Shown here: one piece after another, positions 26,431 to 38,217 of the stretch
Position numbering within the stretch: position 1 is the first letter of the stretch
Layout: the number at the start of each line of letters is the position of its first letter
Assembly (NCBI GenBank): GCA_032718475.1
Contig: JAUCBJ010008077.1
Coordinates: 62,001-126,000, forward strand
Length of the DNA stretch: 64,000 nucleotides
Reading direction: 5' to 3'
Source: Nemertoderma westbladi
Lineage: Eukaryota > Animalia > Xenacoelomorpha
Position numbers and translations under genes: made by a program
Notes under the pieces: model-generated
What the model was told of the DNA's origin: nothing
Database searches by the model: none
The model's input: the letters and a program-made list of their open reading frames with translations, nothing else

Positions 26431-27097
26431 GATGCAGTATAATACCACATATCTTTTAGCCATAGTTTTTCTGCAGATTGGGATACGTCACTGCTATGGA
26501 CATCTTTCACTCTCAACATTTTTCTATATTTATTATCGGTACTAATAACTAATCTACTGTAATAACTAAATAAACAGGTGTTTTGTTTCATCACTAGCTT
26601 AATAACCCCTAATCATCACTCACTGCTCCTGTAGCGCTGTAGTTGTGTTTGCATGATCGATTATAACAGTAAGCTATAGATAGATTATAGACCCTAGACA
26701 TATAAACAAATCAACTATATATTATTATTACGGTATCACAATCACCATGGCATATTGTGTGATTATATTCACAACTGATCCGGATCATCATATTAATGTC
26801 GAATATACTGGGGTTGTTTGCACTACGTGGCTGCAGCCAGGTCATATAACTGTGGCTTACCCAGATTCAACCAGTGAAGTAATAGGAGTCCCCATTATTT
26901 TAAAATCTACTCTAGATGCATTAAAATACAAATTTCTTAAATTTTTAGCGAGGGGGGTTATCCCCTCCCACCACCCCCCCCCCCCCTTAATATACAACAA
27001 ATAAGAGAATTCATTTTTTAAACAAAAAATATGATCACTTCAATCAGTCATATGTACTATACATTAGGGTAGATCGAAAAAAATGTAACTGTGAATG

Positions 27098-27420
27098 TAA
27101 CTTTTCCCTATGTTAGAAATGTGTGAAATTGCCTAAAACCACATAAAAACATCACTTTCCAAGTTTTTGACAATGCATGACCCCCGCACAATTAGTTCAA
27201 ACAAACAACATTTTTTACCAAACTATGTAATATTAATTCAATTAGAAAGAAATTTTTTTTTTAATATGACTTTTCCCAGTGCTAGAAGTGTCTGAAATGG
27301 CCTAAAACCATAAAAAACACAACTTTTCCTTCAAATTTTTGACAATGCAAGACCCCCACACAAATAGTGTAAACAAACATCATTTTGCTAACCTACAAAA
27401 CTATGTAATAATTATTAACT
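27098..27420. repeat. ~170-bp tandem duplication
   Basis: ACTTTTCCC...GCCTAAAACCA...TTTTTGACAATGCA.GACCCC...ACTATGTAAT occurs twice. Confidence 0.75.
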
Positions 27421-27906
27421 GTTAGACTGTGGGTAGCAGTTTTTTATTTACCAACCCAAATCCACCATGGCGGGAAATATGTACCTTTATACAGTAAATT
27501 ACAACTTTTTAACCTCCAGAGACTAGGCCAACCAGAATGTTGACGGACACTGCAAACGGAGCTGTACCTGCTAACACTTGAGAGCCGGCAACAGTACACA
27601 TTACATACTATATATATACTTATCCATATCCACTCTGCGTCCACTTAATTTCTGTCTTAATTATAATTACACGTTATTCGAACTAAAGACAAGATGCTTC
27701 TTACAGTCTAATAAAAGCCTAACCCACCTACTAGACTACCACTACTAAATCACCTACTAGACTGAACTGCTAGATATACTTTCTAATCATATTTAGACCT
27801 ACTTCCATCCCCTGCATCACTGCATACTGTCCTATAGATATATAATGTCCTATATTGAATTAAATATATTTTGTAGTGTTTTGGTTATTAATACTCATGA
27901 CACTAT

Positions 27907-29148
27907 TGTTCGCGCTTTTGAAGACCTTTAGCAGTTTAACCTGCCAAAATTTATATGTCTTTTATGTTAATTAAAACCACTTTAGCATACGACAATATTT
28001 TATGCTAATACGCAAAACATTAGCCGAAGACAGCCCATGCGCGATCATTCACCCGATGGATCTACACCCGGGAGGCTGAATTCGGATGCTTAAATTTTAT
28101 TATTGCAGTGTAAGGTTGCAGTGTATACCTACTGTATTATTCGATAGATCGTTAATAATTAATCTCTGACAGATATTATTGGCTTTCGGGAAATATTAAC
28201 AGTTCCTTTAGGACGTGGCGCTTTATCTATTTAAACAGAACTAAGACTTATACTAAAACGCAACGATACTGCTTATGATTGAAGTATAAAGCGTATTCTT
28301 TAGGAAATACTTTGTTACCAATCACAATCATACACACTATTCTGCCGACAGTCAGTATATTTGATCACACATAAAGAGAGCAACAATTGACTCACGTAGG
28401 GTCTGCTAAATAACATTGGATTCAATACACCACATTAATATAAATCGCAATTGTTATGTATAGCCGGTCTCTCTAACCTGTAGTGTATCAAGAAAATTGG
28501 GAATTTGGGTGATTTATCCGTATTATCCAAAGAGCAATATTTCCATCAACAAATAGGTACAATTAATAACTGACGGTAAAATAACAGTACAAACAATATG
28601 ATTAATGCAATTAAATTAAGTGAGCTAGTGAGTTCGTTCGATTGATTAATTAGGTAACAGTTTATACTTTCGATAATTTAAGCAGTTTTACTAGAGTTCT
28701 TCCCAAAAAGCCGGTGTTTCTGGCTTAGACAGCAATAACAACAAAGTATCAAGTAAAAACAGTAAGACTGAACACTCTCCTTATGATCGGCTGAAAAGCT
28801 ACACGTCGACAGGAAAAATCGCTCTGATTGGCTCAAGCCAAACAAAGAACCATGCGTCCAATGGCTGTTTCCATGTCAGCAACCAGCTGTTAGATGTCGT
28901 AATATGAATCATCACGGCTAAGCTGTGAAAGGTAGTTGGTGCATTACAGGTTTTTTGCCTTACCATGTCCGCCAAAACACGTATATAGCAGAATGACTTT
29001 TATGTCCGTTAAAACACCTGTAACGGTACCTTGCGGGCGAGGGGAATATATATACAGTTAGAGAACCTTTTTAGAGTATTCCAGCGCCTGGGGGGAAACT
29101 GGATTGCGAAGCAAAAGGGGCCAGTTATATCCCACAGAAGCTTTTACA
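27907..29148 (-). repeat. Putative 3' LTR of BEL/Pao element B
   Basis: On minus: purine-rich GGGAGCGG then TGTAAAAG (29148), ending ...GAACA (27907). The end is patchily similar to the U5 end of the element A LTR (48235 onward). Boundaries inferred. Confidence 0.5.
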
Positions 29149-29226
29149 CCGCTCCCAGAAAATGGGATTTGAGTCTATAAATATACAAAAATCACAGTTT
29201 CTAATATACGTAAATACTCTAAACAG

Positions 29227-30676
29227 TTAGTCTTTCTTGCGCGGACGGCGTTTACGCAGTTTTTTAAAGCTAGCAAGAGTCCTTTTCTCTTTGGGGCGAG
29301 CCACTTTACGAGGAGGGCTATAACTCCTGGGTGAAGGGTGCAATATGATTGCATCAGAAGGTATGGGATTGCGATCGGTATATCCGCCGGTCGAAGTACC
29401 GGATTGATTGACATCCACGTCCGGGGAGAGGGGTCTAACGGCTTTGAGAGCTCGTTTCAAGACAGCCGCTCTTACGGGTCCTTTACGAGTGGTCTGAACG
29501 AGGGCCGTGGGTGGACCATAGGCAGTTAGAAACTTCCTTGGTTTAATGGTTCTTTCCAACTCGCGTTCGCGGGCTCTGTACTCGTAAGGCCGTCGATATA
29601 CTTCCTGTAACTCAGGGTGTGAGTTGACAAATAAGTCTCCATAGGCCGGATCTTGACGGATAAAGTTTATTAAGTTATACGAATTGATGTCACTCGGATT
29701 AATGCTCCTGAGGAATTTGCGTACATATTTGGTTGAAATACATTCTCCAATGCGCTTCAATAGTTCATAACTTGATAGGCGCGATTTCTGCTCGACGGAG
29801 GCAAACAAATATGGATGGAACGCATAAACTCCTTCGTAAGCGCGTCCAGGATAATAGCGATGGCGTGAATCACAATGTAAATCAGCGTTCGCTTCCCAAG
29901 CTCTGATATAACGTAGTACAATCATTTCATCTACGCTCTCTAAATCATGATTAAAGGGACAATCAAAGCTGGCGTGTCCATTTAATTGACAATGATGGCA
30001 TTGAGTCATAAATTGGGGGCAGACAGCAAAAATGTGCAAATTATTAAGCCGACAATATGCACAATAGATTTCCATCGACGGTTGTTCATGGAAATAGGAA
30101 CAAAGATCGTTGGTGTCCATAGACGTAATATGGTCTCTCGATGCGCATAGCCGACAACGTTGTCTAGAAACATAATTGGCATGGCGATAATCATACGCCG
30201 TAAGACACTGGGAACCTTGATACCATTCCAATATGTAGTCGCTATCGCTACTCCGAGACGTGGGGGGCTGAATCTCTTCAGATTCTAAACATATTGGTTC
30301 GTCTTCCCAGTCTGTTACGAATATAATTTTCGTGATCTATTCTCGGTTTATCGTTACGACTCCGCTGGGTATGATATTTAAATAGAACCATTTCCCTTTC
30401 GGTGTATACATCGTCCGTATCATGTAAATAGATAGGATGGCCGGTAGTTAGGAAGTCCATATACGTACCATTACGATGCGTATAGCGAGCGGTTAATTTT
30501 CGATAGTCCAATTCATGCGTAAGTTGCTCTTGGGACATCGGCGGTTCGATATAACGACCATCGTCCTCCGTAATAGTCGGATCGGCTTCACTGCGTATCA
30601 AGCTATCCACAAACGCTTGTAAAGGTAGAGTATATCGCTCCCTGATACCAAGGTCATCTTCTATCAATTCCGTCAT
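29227..30676 (-). CDS. Accessory ORF of element B: triple CCHC zinc-knuckle protein with basic C-terminus (frameshift near 30250)
   Basis: CRLCASRDH, CAYCRLNNLHIFAVCP, CHHCQLNGHASFDC; ends KKLRKRRPRKKD. Same knuckle arrangement as element C 61630-61810. Confidence 0.75.
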
Positions 30677-31489
30677 ATCTGCTATCTGAGTTTATTAATA
30701 TCAATATGAGTTAATATTTTAGGCAAGCGGGCGTCGCTGCCTACTAGGCTTTTGCCCCGGACAGTGGGTTTCTCAGCGCCGATGTACCGTTGTCACGGTG
30801 TTTACGCCAACATGTAGCAACAGCACGACAACGATAACCGGCACAAGTCCCACCACTGTCCGTCCCAAAGGCTTGAATCCACTTGAGGTTATCTCGGTAG
30901 AGTTAGGGCTATTTTACAATTGCGATTAGCTACTGTAAACACACTTTAGTAGTAACATTCACCTATAAATGCACAAATTCCATACAATCATTACTTATTG
31001 CACACATGCATGCCATTTGTCCGTTAGTCAGTGTCTTCCAGAATGTCACGTTATTACTATGTATCCTTGGATACTAATAGTGCGTTATGTATACTCTTAT
31101 GCTACGCAATGGGGTAAGCTTTTTATTGTTCCTCTAACTTGCTTCTAATTCTAGCGTGGGTGTTGCCATGGTGACATTATGGAAAACTAGCGGTAGAATT
31201 AGGGCAATCCTCATGCATACAGATCTGGGATGTTATTTAATAGTAATTCTTTAATTGTCAATATCCCCTTTATGCATGATTTTATAAATTTTATCGGCTA
31301 TTGACTATATGTTGGAGATTCTCGCACTCTAGTACACTCAATATGAATCTCCGCTCCCATGATCTATTAATTACTGGAATTTTGGGAATGTTATAAATTG
31401 CACAAAATGACAATTTATGAAATTCATTTGAATATGAATTTAAATTTATTCCCGTGAATTTTATTATTTGATGTTAAATTGATACAAAT

Positions 31490-31780
31490 TTTATTCCAGA
31501 GCATATCTGGGGACTTAGGATCCTTAATTCTATAAAATAGTCCTTCTAAGAGTATCGGTAAATACTGCGATATCTTAATTGACTAGAAATTTTAAAGGAT
31601 CGGGATTTTACAGATTTTAATAAATATTAAATTAAGATTTAGGATGGGCACCGATTTATTCCAGAACTTGTCTGGGGACGTTAACCACTGATTCTAGAAT
31701 TTGTCTTTCAAGTATATCGGTGGGTGCCACGATATCTTAATCGACTAGAATTACAGATGGTCAAAAATTTAACAGATTTA
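31490..31780. repeat. ~165-bp tandem duplication in element B non-coding region
   Basis: TTTATTCCAGA...TCTGGGGAC...CGATATCTTAAT.GACTAGAA...ACAGATTT occurs twice. Confidence 0.75.
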
Positions 31781-32295
31781 TTTGCGATTTACGCTACTGT
31801 TGGAGGGACATCACGCTACTATATGTATTATTTGTTATAAGGTAGAAGAGCAATATCGCACGAAGCAATGTCAGTGTGAAGAGGCAAGTCGTTTCCAAGG
31901 TCTACCCAGAGCTTGGTTTAGCCGAGACACGAGGATCTGAACTTTGCATTCCTAATACTCTGCCTACCAATAATACTTAAATATAGTAGTGGCTTTATTG
32001 TACTTTAAGAAGTACGGACATTTCATCTTACTGTAGTCACGTATTTATAATATGATACGGACAGTAAGGGAAGAGAAAAATAATTACTTCTTGCCGTCGC
32101 ACTAAATATATATTATAAGTAATTATGTACGTAATAAACACTAATATATTGCACTAATCTACTAAACATTCTAAAATAGCATTTTACTAAATAAAATTAA
32201 ATAAAAACGATTATAATAAAGTACATAATAAAGTTCGCATATAAAATGTAATAAAATAGATAAAATAATATAGTCATACACCCACTCCAGACGTA

Positions 32296-34449
32296 TCACG
32301 TTATGGAGTCCCTAGATATTTGTCGGATTAGGGAAGTGGTCGTAGGAAGAGTATCTTGCCTTCCATAGTTTCCGGACAGTTTTCGGTCTCTTTCCAGTAA
32401 ACATAAACGACTAGCTGGGCGATTGAGTTGTTGTGTTACTTTCTCCGCTCCCTTGGCCTGTCTAATCTCCGTCATGGTAAGATGAGGAGGCCATTCTTCT
32501 TCTTCTTTACTTAAGGAGTCGGATCCACCTAACCAGCCTGGAGTATCTATCAGTTCTTGAGGAGTTGCTCCTCTGGAAGCGATGTCGGCTGGATTAATCG
32601 TCCCAAGGCAATGTCTCCATTGATCTACATTGGAGTTAATATCGTCATTATCTGAGGAGTATGGTGTTCCCTCAGTTGGATCGTCCACATCACTGCTCTC
32701 CACTTCCCATTCCTTTACTTGGTATACCTGTTGTTGAGGTAATCTCTCTTTGAGAGTTCTACGGGAAGGGCCAGTGAAGTACCAACCTACTCTAGTTCTT
32801 ACCGCATAGGTTTGCAGTGGCTGCGGTTGAGCAGGCCGTTTCTCCAATGTCTCGAGCGCCTCATGCGCGTTTTGGCCGATGAGGATTTGCACTCCAGGAT
32901 AATCGGTTTGGAATCGAGGTATCTCAAGATGTTGGATGCACTCGTCCTCGTCCCAATTATAAGGTTCTGCTTGAGTAGTAGCAAAGTTCTTTATAGCCAC
33001 CATTTTTACTGACCTTATACCTTGTGTTCCTAACTTATCCTGGGGGGTGGACAACACACCTACATAGTAATCTGCCGTTAGGTTAGATTTCCAAACCTGC
33101 ATAATTCCTGACATATTCAATTTAGTCCGGAACTTGGGTTGTCCAGCAAAGATATCTTCGGCTAGTTCTTGATCGATGAATGTTCCTGTGCTGCCGGAGT
33201 CAAGTAGGGCGTTCACTATGTAACTCTTGTTGGGACCATGAACTCGAACTTGCACTACAGGAAATTCTCTTATTCCTATGTTGGAAGTTGGAACTTTCCA
33301 AGATGGTTGTTTGTCAAAAGGAGTTGGAGTAAACTCGTCAGTGTCCTTTTCATCCGTAAGTGCTCGATACACTGTGGTATTTATTAGATAACAGGATTCG
33401 TTGGCATCGGAGAATTCGTCTGTATAGAATCCTTCCCACTCAGAACCTTGGTCAGTGTCGTTCACATCACTGAATTGGACATGTAGTTCGGGCTCACTTA
33501 CCTGACTCGGGTTGTCTCGTTCGAACTCACTGTGTAACAAGATGTGATGTTTCGCGCCACACTTTGCACACTTTACGTCGGAGTAACAGGTTCGCCGTTG
33601 GTGTCCTGATCTGAGGCAATTATAGCATAACCGCTTATTCCACAGGACTGTACGTCTGTCTACAGGGGATTTCTTTAGAAATTCAGCACACGCACTCAAA
33701 CGGTGGGGCCCGTCGCACAGCGCACATTTTGGTTTGATGTTACTCACCTTAACTTGGTTAACGTTCTGCACTCTCGTTCTTTCTTCGGGCTTTCTTCCGT
33801 GAATTATCTTAGGAGACGTAGGAGGAGTTGTTGTTACCTGTTCTCTCCTGTCACTGGTTCGAGACTTGTATTTACTTACGTCTTTATAGGTCTTGTTGTC
33901 ATAGTAAGATTTTGCTGTGTCTTTCCCGCTGTCCTCTTCTTGAGAAGCTTGGCTTTCGCCGTCGTCAGTATAACACACTGGTATTATCCTTCTCCTAGAA
34001 ACGGGTTTCTCACTTACCTTATTTTCCGATGTTTTCTCTCTGGACTGCCTTATGAGTTGTAATTTTACTTCACTATCTAAGAAAGACATGAGATCAGCCA
34101 TGGTAGGACTTCGTCGTTGTTGTTCATTCATGTACAACACTTTCTTGTCCCAGCGTGTACATACTCCACCCTTTGGTAAAGTAGAGACTACGGCTCCAAT
34201 AACCATGGAACTCTGATATTCATGCGACTTACCTAACCAGTCCAGTTGTCTACAGATCTCTTGAATTTCATCGGAAAACTCTATAATCTCGCTACTAAGG
34301 AAGTGTCGGGGGGCTACTAATTTTGCATACAAATACTTAGCTATGTTATCCTTGTTACCATACCTGATGTTTAGTGTATCCCAAACTTGTCTTAATCCAT
34401 CTGGATGTCCAATAAACTTTAACGCCATTAACTTGGGAGGTCCTTCCAA
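32296..34449 (-). CDS. gag: BEL/Pao Gag-protease fused in frame to an RNase H C-terminal remnant
   Basis: Three knuckles CALCDGPH / CYNCLRSGH / CAKCGAKHHILLH; ALLDSGSTGTF; then WRHCLGTINPADIASRG with no RT in between. Confidence 0.85.
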   Translation of the reverse strand: MEGPPKLMALKFIGHPDGLRQVWDTLNIRYGNKDNIAKYLYAKLVAPRHFLSSEIIEFSDEIQEICRQLDWLGKSHEYQSSMVIGAVVSTLPKGGVCTRWDKKVLYMNEQQRRSPTMADLMSFLDSEVKLQLIRQSREKTSENKVSEKPVSRRRIIPVCYTDDGESQASQEEDSGKDTAKSYYDNKTYKDVSKYKSRTSDRREQVTTTPPTSPKIIHGRKPEERTRVQNVNQVKVSNIKPKCALCDGPHRLSACAEFLKKSPVDRRTVLWNKRLCYNCLRSGHQRRTCYSDVKCAKCGAKHHILLHSEFERDNPSQVSEPELHVQFSDVNDTDQGSEWEGFYTDEFSDANESCYLINTTVYRALTDEKDTDEFTPTPFDKQPSWKVPTSNIGIREFPVVQVRVHGPNKSYIVNALLDSGSTGTFIDQELAEDIFAGQPKFRTKLNMSGIMQVWKSNLTADYYVGVLSTPQDKLGTQGIRSVKMVAIKNFATTQAEPYNWDEDECIQHLEIPRFQTDYPGVQILIGQNAHEALETLEKRPAQPQPLQTYAVRTRVGWYFTGPSRRTLKERLPQQQVYQVKEWEVESSDVDDPTEGTPYSSDNDDINSNVDQWRHCLGTINPADIASRGATPQELIDTPGWLGGSDSLSKEEEEWPPHLTMTEIRQAKGAEKVTQQLNRPASRLCLLERDRKLSGNYGRQDTLPTTTSLIRQISRDSIT

Positions 34450-34499
34450 ACATTTGAAACACCATGAATTTAACTATCCGTTTTATCATCGCGTGTCTT

Positions 34500-36052
34500 T
34501 GCGTCGTTCCTTCCGGCATAGGCATCTTCCTATCACTCCTCTGTCGGCTGAAGACATGTAACACGCCATCTGGTGCTCTAATCTGTATAGTCTTTTAAGT
34601 GAGGCTTTGCTGATGGCTTCCTCCTTCATTATCGAAAAACATATAACCATTCTCTTTTAGAGATCGGCTAGTCACGTCCCAATCGTCGAGTAAATCGTCG
34701 GTAGGGTTCCAAATTCTCCCGATCGACTTTTCATCATCGAAACTAATAGGTTTACCGGTCCAATTGGTCGCGATATCGGTGTCGGTCTCAAACGTCCCAA
34801 CTCCGATCCATAATCGAATCGTTTTCGTCAGATATCCTCGCAAGATACAAGGTGCGATATCCGTCCCTGCGCGATCCACTTCCTTAAAGTCCGTGATATG
34901 TGGAGGCACGTTGCGTACGATTTTTTGAACTATTACTTTACGCAACTCGGTTGATTCTAACACATCACCGAAGGTGACCGATGGGAGGAAATCCAGGTTC
35001 GAGATGATCTCCGGGTGTTCAACTATAGGGATCTCGTAAGTTGTCTCCTTCCGGGTCGGTATACTAATAGGAAAACTAGTTGGTCTCGCAACCGGTACTA
35101 TCGCTCCAGTAGAATGGGGCTGAGGTTCTCGCGTCATCTCGACATGAGGTATCTGTAGTCTCTGCGACAAACGCTGAGCAAAGGTGATACTATCGAAGAG
35201 CTCGGGTGTCATCTCCTTGGGTTCGGTTTGATCGTGGGATATCCAATAGAATGGTAGGCTCGCGAGCCTTCCGCCGAACTCCTCGATCTCGCCTTTCTCG
35301 TACGCCTTGTACGCCCTGTAGAGGCTCAAAGCTTCCCGTTTCTCTTGTGTCGACTTATTAGACTCGTCCACTACCATGCTGTAGACGTCTGGTTCGACTA
35401 ATTTAGGTTCGTAAATAACGATCTCACCCGCGTTCGGTCCACTCATTTTAAATGAATGATACGGATTTGTCAAAGGGTATCCGCCTTCTTGGTAACGTAG
35501 ACTTTGGTTGTGTGAACATCGCGCTAATATCGGCTCGGGGTTCTCCGAGTTCAACCGCATAGGAATCGCGTTGTTTGCTTGCTCTTGCTCGCGCATACAC
35601 GCTCCACATTTATAAAACAGTTTGTATACGGAAAACGCGTCCTTGGTCTCTGGATCCGCTCCTCGAGCGCGTCTATAAAGATGCATTCCTTAAAATTCGT
35701 CTCTAGCTGCAGGTAAGGGTTCGTTTACCGTCAAATATTGCAGCGTATGATACAATCGGCGTATTTCGGTGTCTGGATCCTCGCAAATGTCGCTAGCGTC
35801 GCATAACGCATCGTAGGGATATAACGCATTGTATTCCGCGCGTAATTCCTCCGTTCTTTTATTGTATGCGTCCAACCGCTGTCGCGTAACATTCGGGTCC
35901 GCCTTGGATTTTGCGAGCTTGGCTGTACTCCTAGCCATACTCTCCACTCCAAACACACTAAAGTTTTTAGCTCCATAACGATTGAATGGCGCCTGGTGCT
36001 CTTGTTCTTGCGTAAACCCTTGACGTAACTCTTTATACATCTTCTCCGCCAT
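34500..36052 (-). pseudogene. Accessory ORF of element A ending in the start of a DEDDy-like exonuclease domain
   Basis: ORFs 35690-36052 and 34595-35686 share a frame (TAA between). Continues GYMFFDNEGG...*KTIQIRAPDGVLHVF, homologous to element C GYMILDDEGT...LLHLAAPNGDIFLF. Confidence 0.7.
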
Positions 36053-36786
36053 CGTATACGAATATATGCGGTTACATATCGTTACGTTTCTACTAGATGA
36101 AGCACAAAATAGAGGTTAGATGTGAGGTGACTTAGAGTTTGTCGGCCTTTGGCTCAACTCTGCTCTAAACCCCAACCCATTTTGCCTAATGATTTCGGGT
36201 TCGCGTGATTTCGCACTGGCTCCTAATCCAAAAAATGTGCCGATAAAAAACGAATTCCGGGTAAACTAGCCGCGAGTCTAAAATACTCACCTTTTAATTT
36301 CCCAAACTACGTTTCCCAAGAAAATAGTGCAGTCGAGAATTAATTGGTCTAAATAATAGTAGACACGACTACGTAGAACAAGGCCGATTTTCTTTTCCAA
36401 AAAAAAAATTTATCGGTAGGCTCGCAAGCCTTCCATCTGCTCTTGTCCTCCCCAATTTTAATTTTTATCTAGTTGTATTCTAGAATTTGCTTTCACTGGA
36501 GAATCGTTTTTCTTAAATTTAAATCCAAATAAATGGATTTGTCTAATAATTTTTGAAAAATGTCTCACTTGTGGGTTCCAAGTGGAATTCCATTCCTACT
36601 GTACACACAATCCCGCTCCTATGTGATACATAAGGGTACTACCAACCATGTTCACGTATAAAGACAATGGAATTCCACCGCTGTCTCTATCTACAGTGAA
36701 GAGGATTACAAATGCACGTACAGTAATACAAATACAAATAACTAAAATACAGTAGGTCTATGTGGCGGCCAACAAAGGTCCCACAT

Positions 36787-38217
36787 CTATTTACTAATAT
36801 TGGGTGGAGATTTGTAGTCTCCCGTCTCGTTTCTAGTCTCCTCAAGGAGCACGAGACGTTGTACAGGCCTATCTACGGTACGTCCGTCGATAGTCCTTAC
36901 AGTAACTGTCCTCACTACACCAGATGTAGGGTGTGTGGTCAAAATGACTCCAGTCAGCCAAAACCGTCTTTTCAGATTAGCTTCAGCCAATAAAACATGG
37001 TCACCACGTCTTAAACATCGGGTATTTAGATACCAAGAGGTTCTGGTCGAAATAGAGGGCAAATAATATTTCTGCCATATTTCCCAGAATTTATTTGCAA
37101 GTAATTGAGTGATTTTCCAAGCCTTGTTGCCGTATCCGTCACTATCAACGGGTACCGAAATGGGCAACAGTGTCGTCGGCGCCTGCATAAGCAGGTGCGC
37201 TGGTGTCAAGGCAAACTGTACGTCGTTATTGTCTGGGATCAAAGTGATCGGTCTGGTATTTAAGAGTGCTTCGATTTCTATTAGTAACGTCGTCAGTTGG
37301 TCGTCTGTCAAGATGTGTTGCGTCGGTACGACTTTAGCCATAGCTGTCTTTATTGAGCCAATCAGCCTTTCCCAAACGCCGCCTCTCCACGGACTGTCTG
37401 GAGTATTGAAATACCAAACAATACGGTGAGCACGTAGTTCCTCGGAAATCTGGTTTTGGTCCAATTTTCTCAAAGCTCTGGTTATTTCGTTCCGTGCACC
37501 CACAAAGTATGTCCCTTGGTCGCAGTATATGGATTTGACCAATCCACGTCTAGCGATAAATCGCCGTAAGGCTAGGATAAAGGCATTGGTGGTCAAGTCT
37601 GTCACTCGCTCTATATGGACAGCTCTGCCGGCCATGCAAGTGAAGATCAATCCCCAACGTTTTACCTGTACCCTTCCGCGTTTCGCGATTATGGGTCCAA
37701 AACAGTCTATCCCTGTCTCAGTGAAAGGGGGTCTAAACGCCTGTAATCTAGCTAGTGGTAGTTCATTCATTTCTTGGTGTCCTATCCTCGCGTGCACCTT
37801 CTTACAAATAATACAGTTCCGTGTTACCGAACTCAGTGCCTTACTAGGTCTAATCAGTACAAACCTCGAGCGTAAGTGTGATAGACAGTGGTGTCTACCT
37901 ACGTGTTTGAGTTGTACATGTGCGTCCAGTATCATAGCGCGCTGTAACTCATGGTGTTGCGGTATGATGATAGGATACCTAAAGTCAAGTGCAAAGTCGA
38001 TGTTTTGGAGTCTGGACTTGTGACAAAGTAAGCCCCGGTAAATAATCGGACTCCAACTCAAAATCGGTGAAGACTTAATCTGTTTACCTTGTTTGATTGC
38101 TGTGAACTCTCGTGCGAAATATCGCAATTGATAATGTCTAATGATATCAACTTCACAGTGGTCAATTTCCTTTAAGGTAAGTCTTCTAGGAAAGTCGCGT
38201 TTGCCTCTGGCATATTG
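36787..38217 (-). CDS. pol: BEL/Pao integrase, in frame with gag-pol after a single TGA
   Basis: H-H-C-C zinc domain, GIDCFGP, YCDQGTYFVGA, GGVWERLI, VDRPVQRLVLLE. Confidence 0.93.
   Translation of the reverse strand, partial: QYARGKRDFPRRLTLKEIDHCEVDIIRHYQLRYFAREFTAIKQGKQIKSSPILSWSPIIYRGLLCHKSRLQNIDFALDFRYPIIIPQHHELQRAMILDAHVQLKHVGRHHCLSHLRSRFVLIRPSKALSSVTRNCIICKKVHARIGHQEMNELPLARLQAFRPPFTETGIDCFGPIIAKRGRVQVKRWGLIFTCMAGRAVHIERVTDLTTNAFILALRRFIARRGLVKSIYCDQGTYFVGARNEITRALRKLDQNQISEELRAHRIVWYFNTPDSPWRGGVWERLIGSIKTAMAKVVPTQHILTDDQLTTLLIEIEALLNTRPITLIPDNNDVQFALTPAHLLMQAPTTLLPISVPVDSDGYGNKAWKITQLLANKFWEIWQKYYLPSISTRTSWYLNTRCLRRGDHVLLAEANLKRRFWLTGVILTTHPTSGVVRTVTVRTIDGRTVDRPVQRLVLLEETRNETGDYKSPPNISK

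Larger units (their letters stand above)
27907..34480 (-). mobile_element. BEL/Pao element B (partial: Gag-protease, no RT or IN, 3' zinc-knuckle ORF, LTR)
   Basis: Component ORFs and LTR listed separately. Confidence 0.65.
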
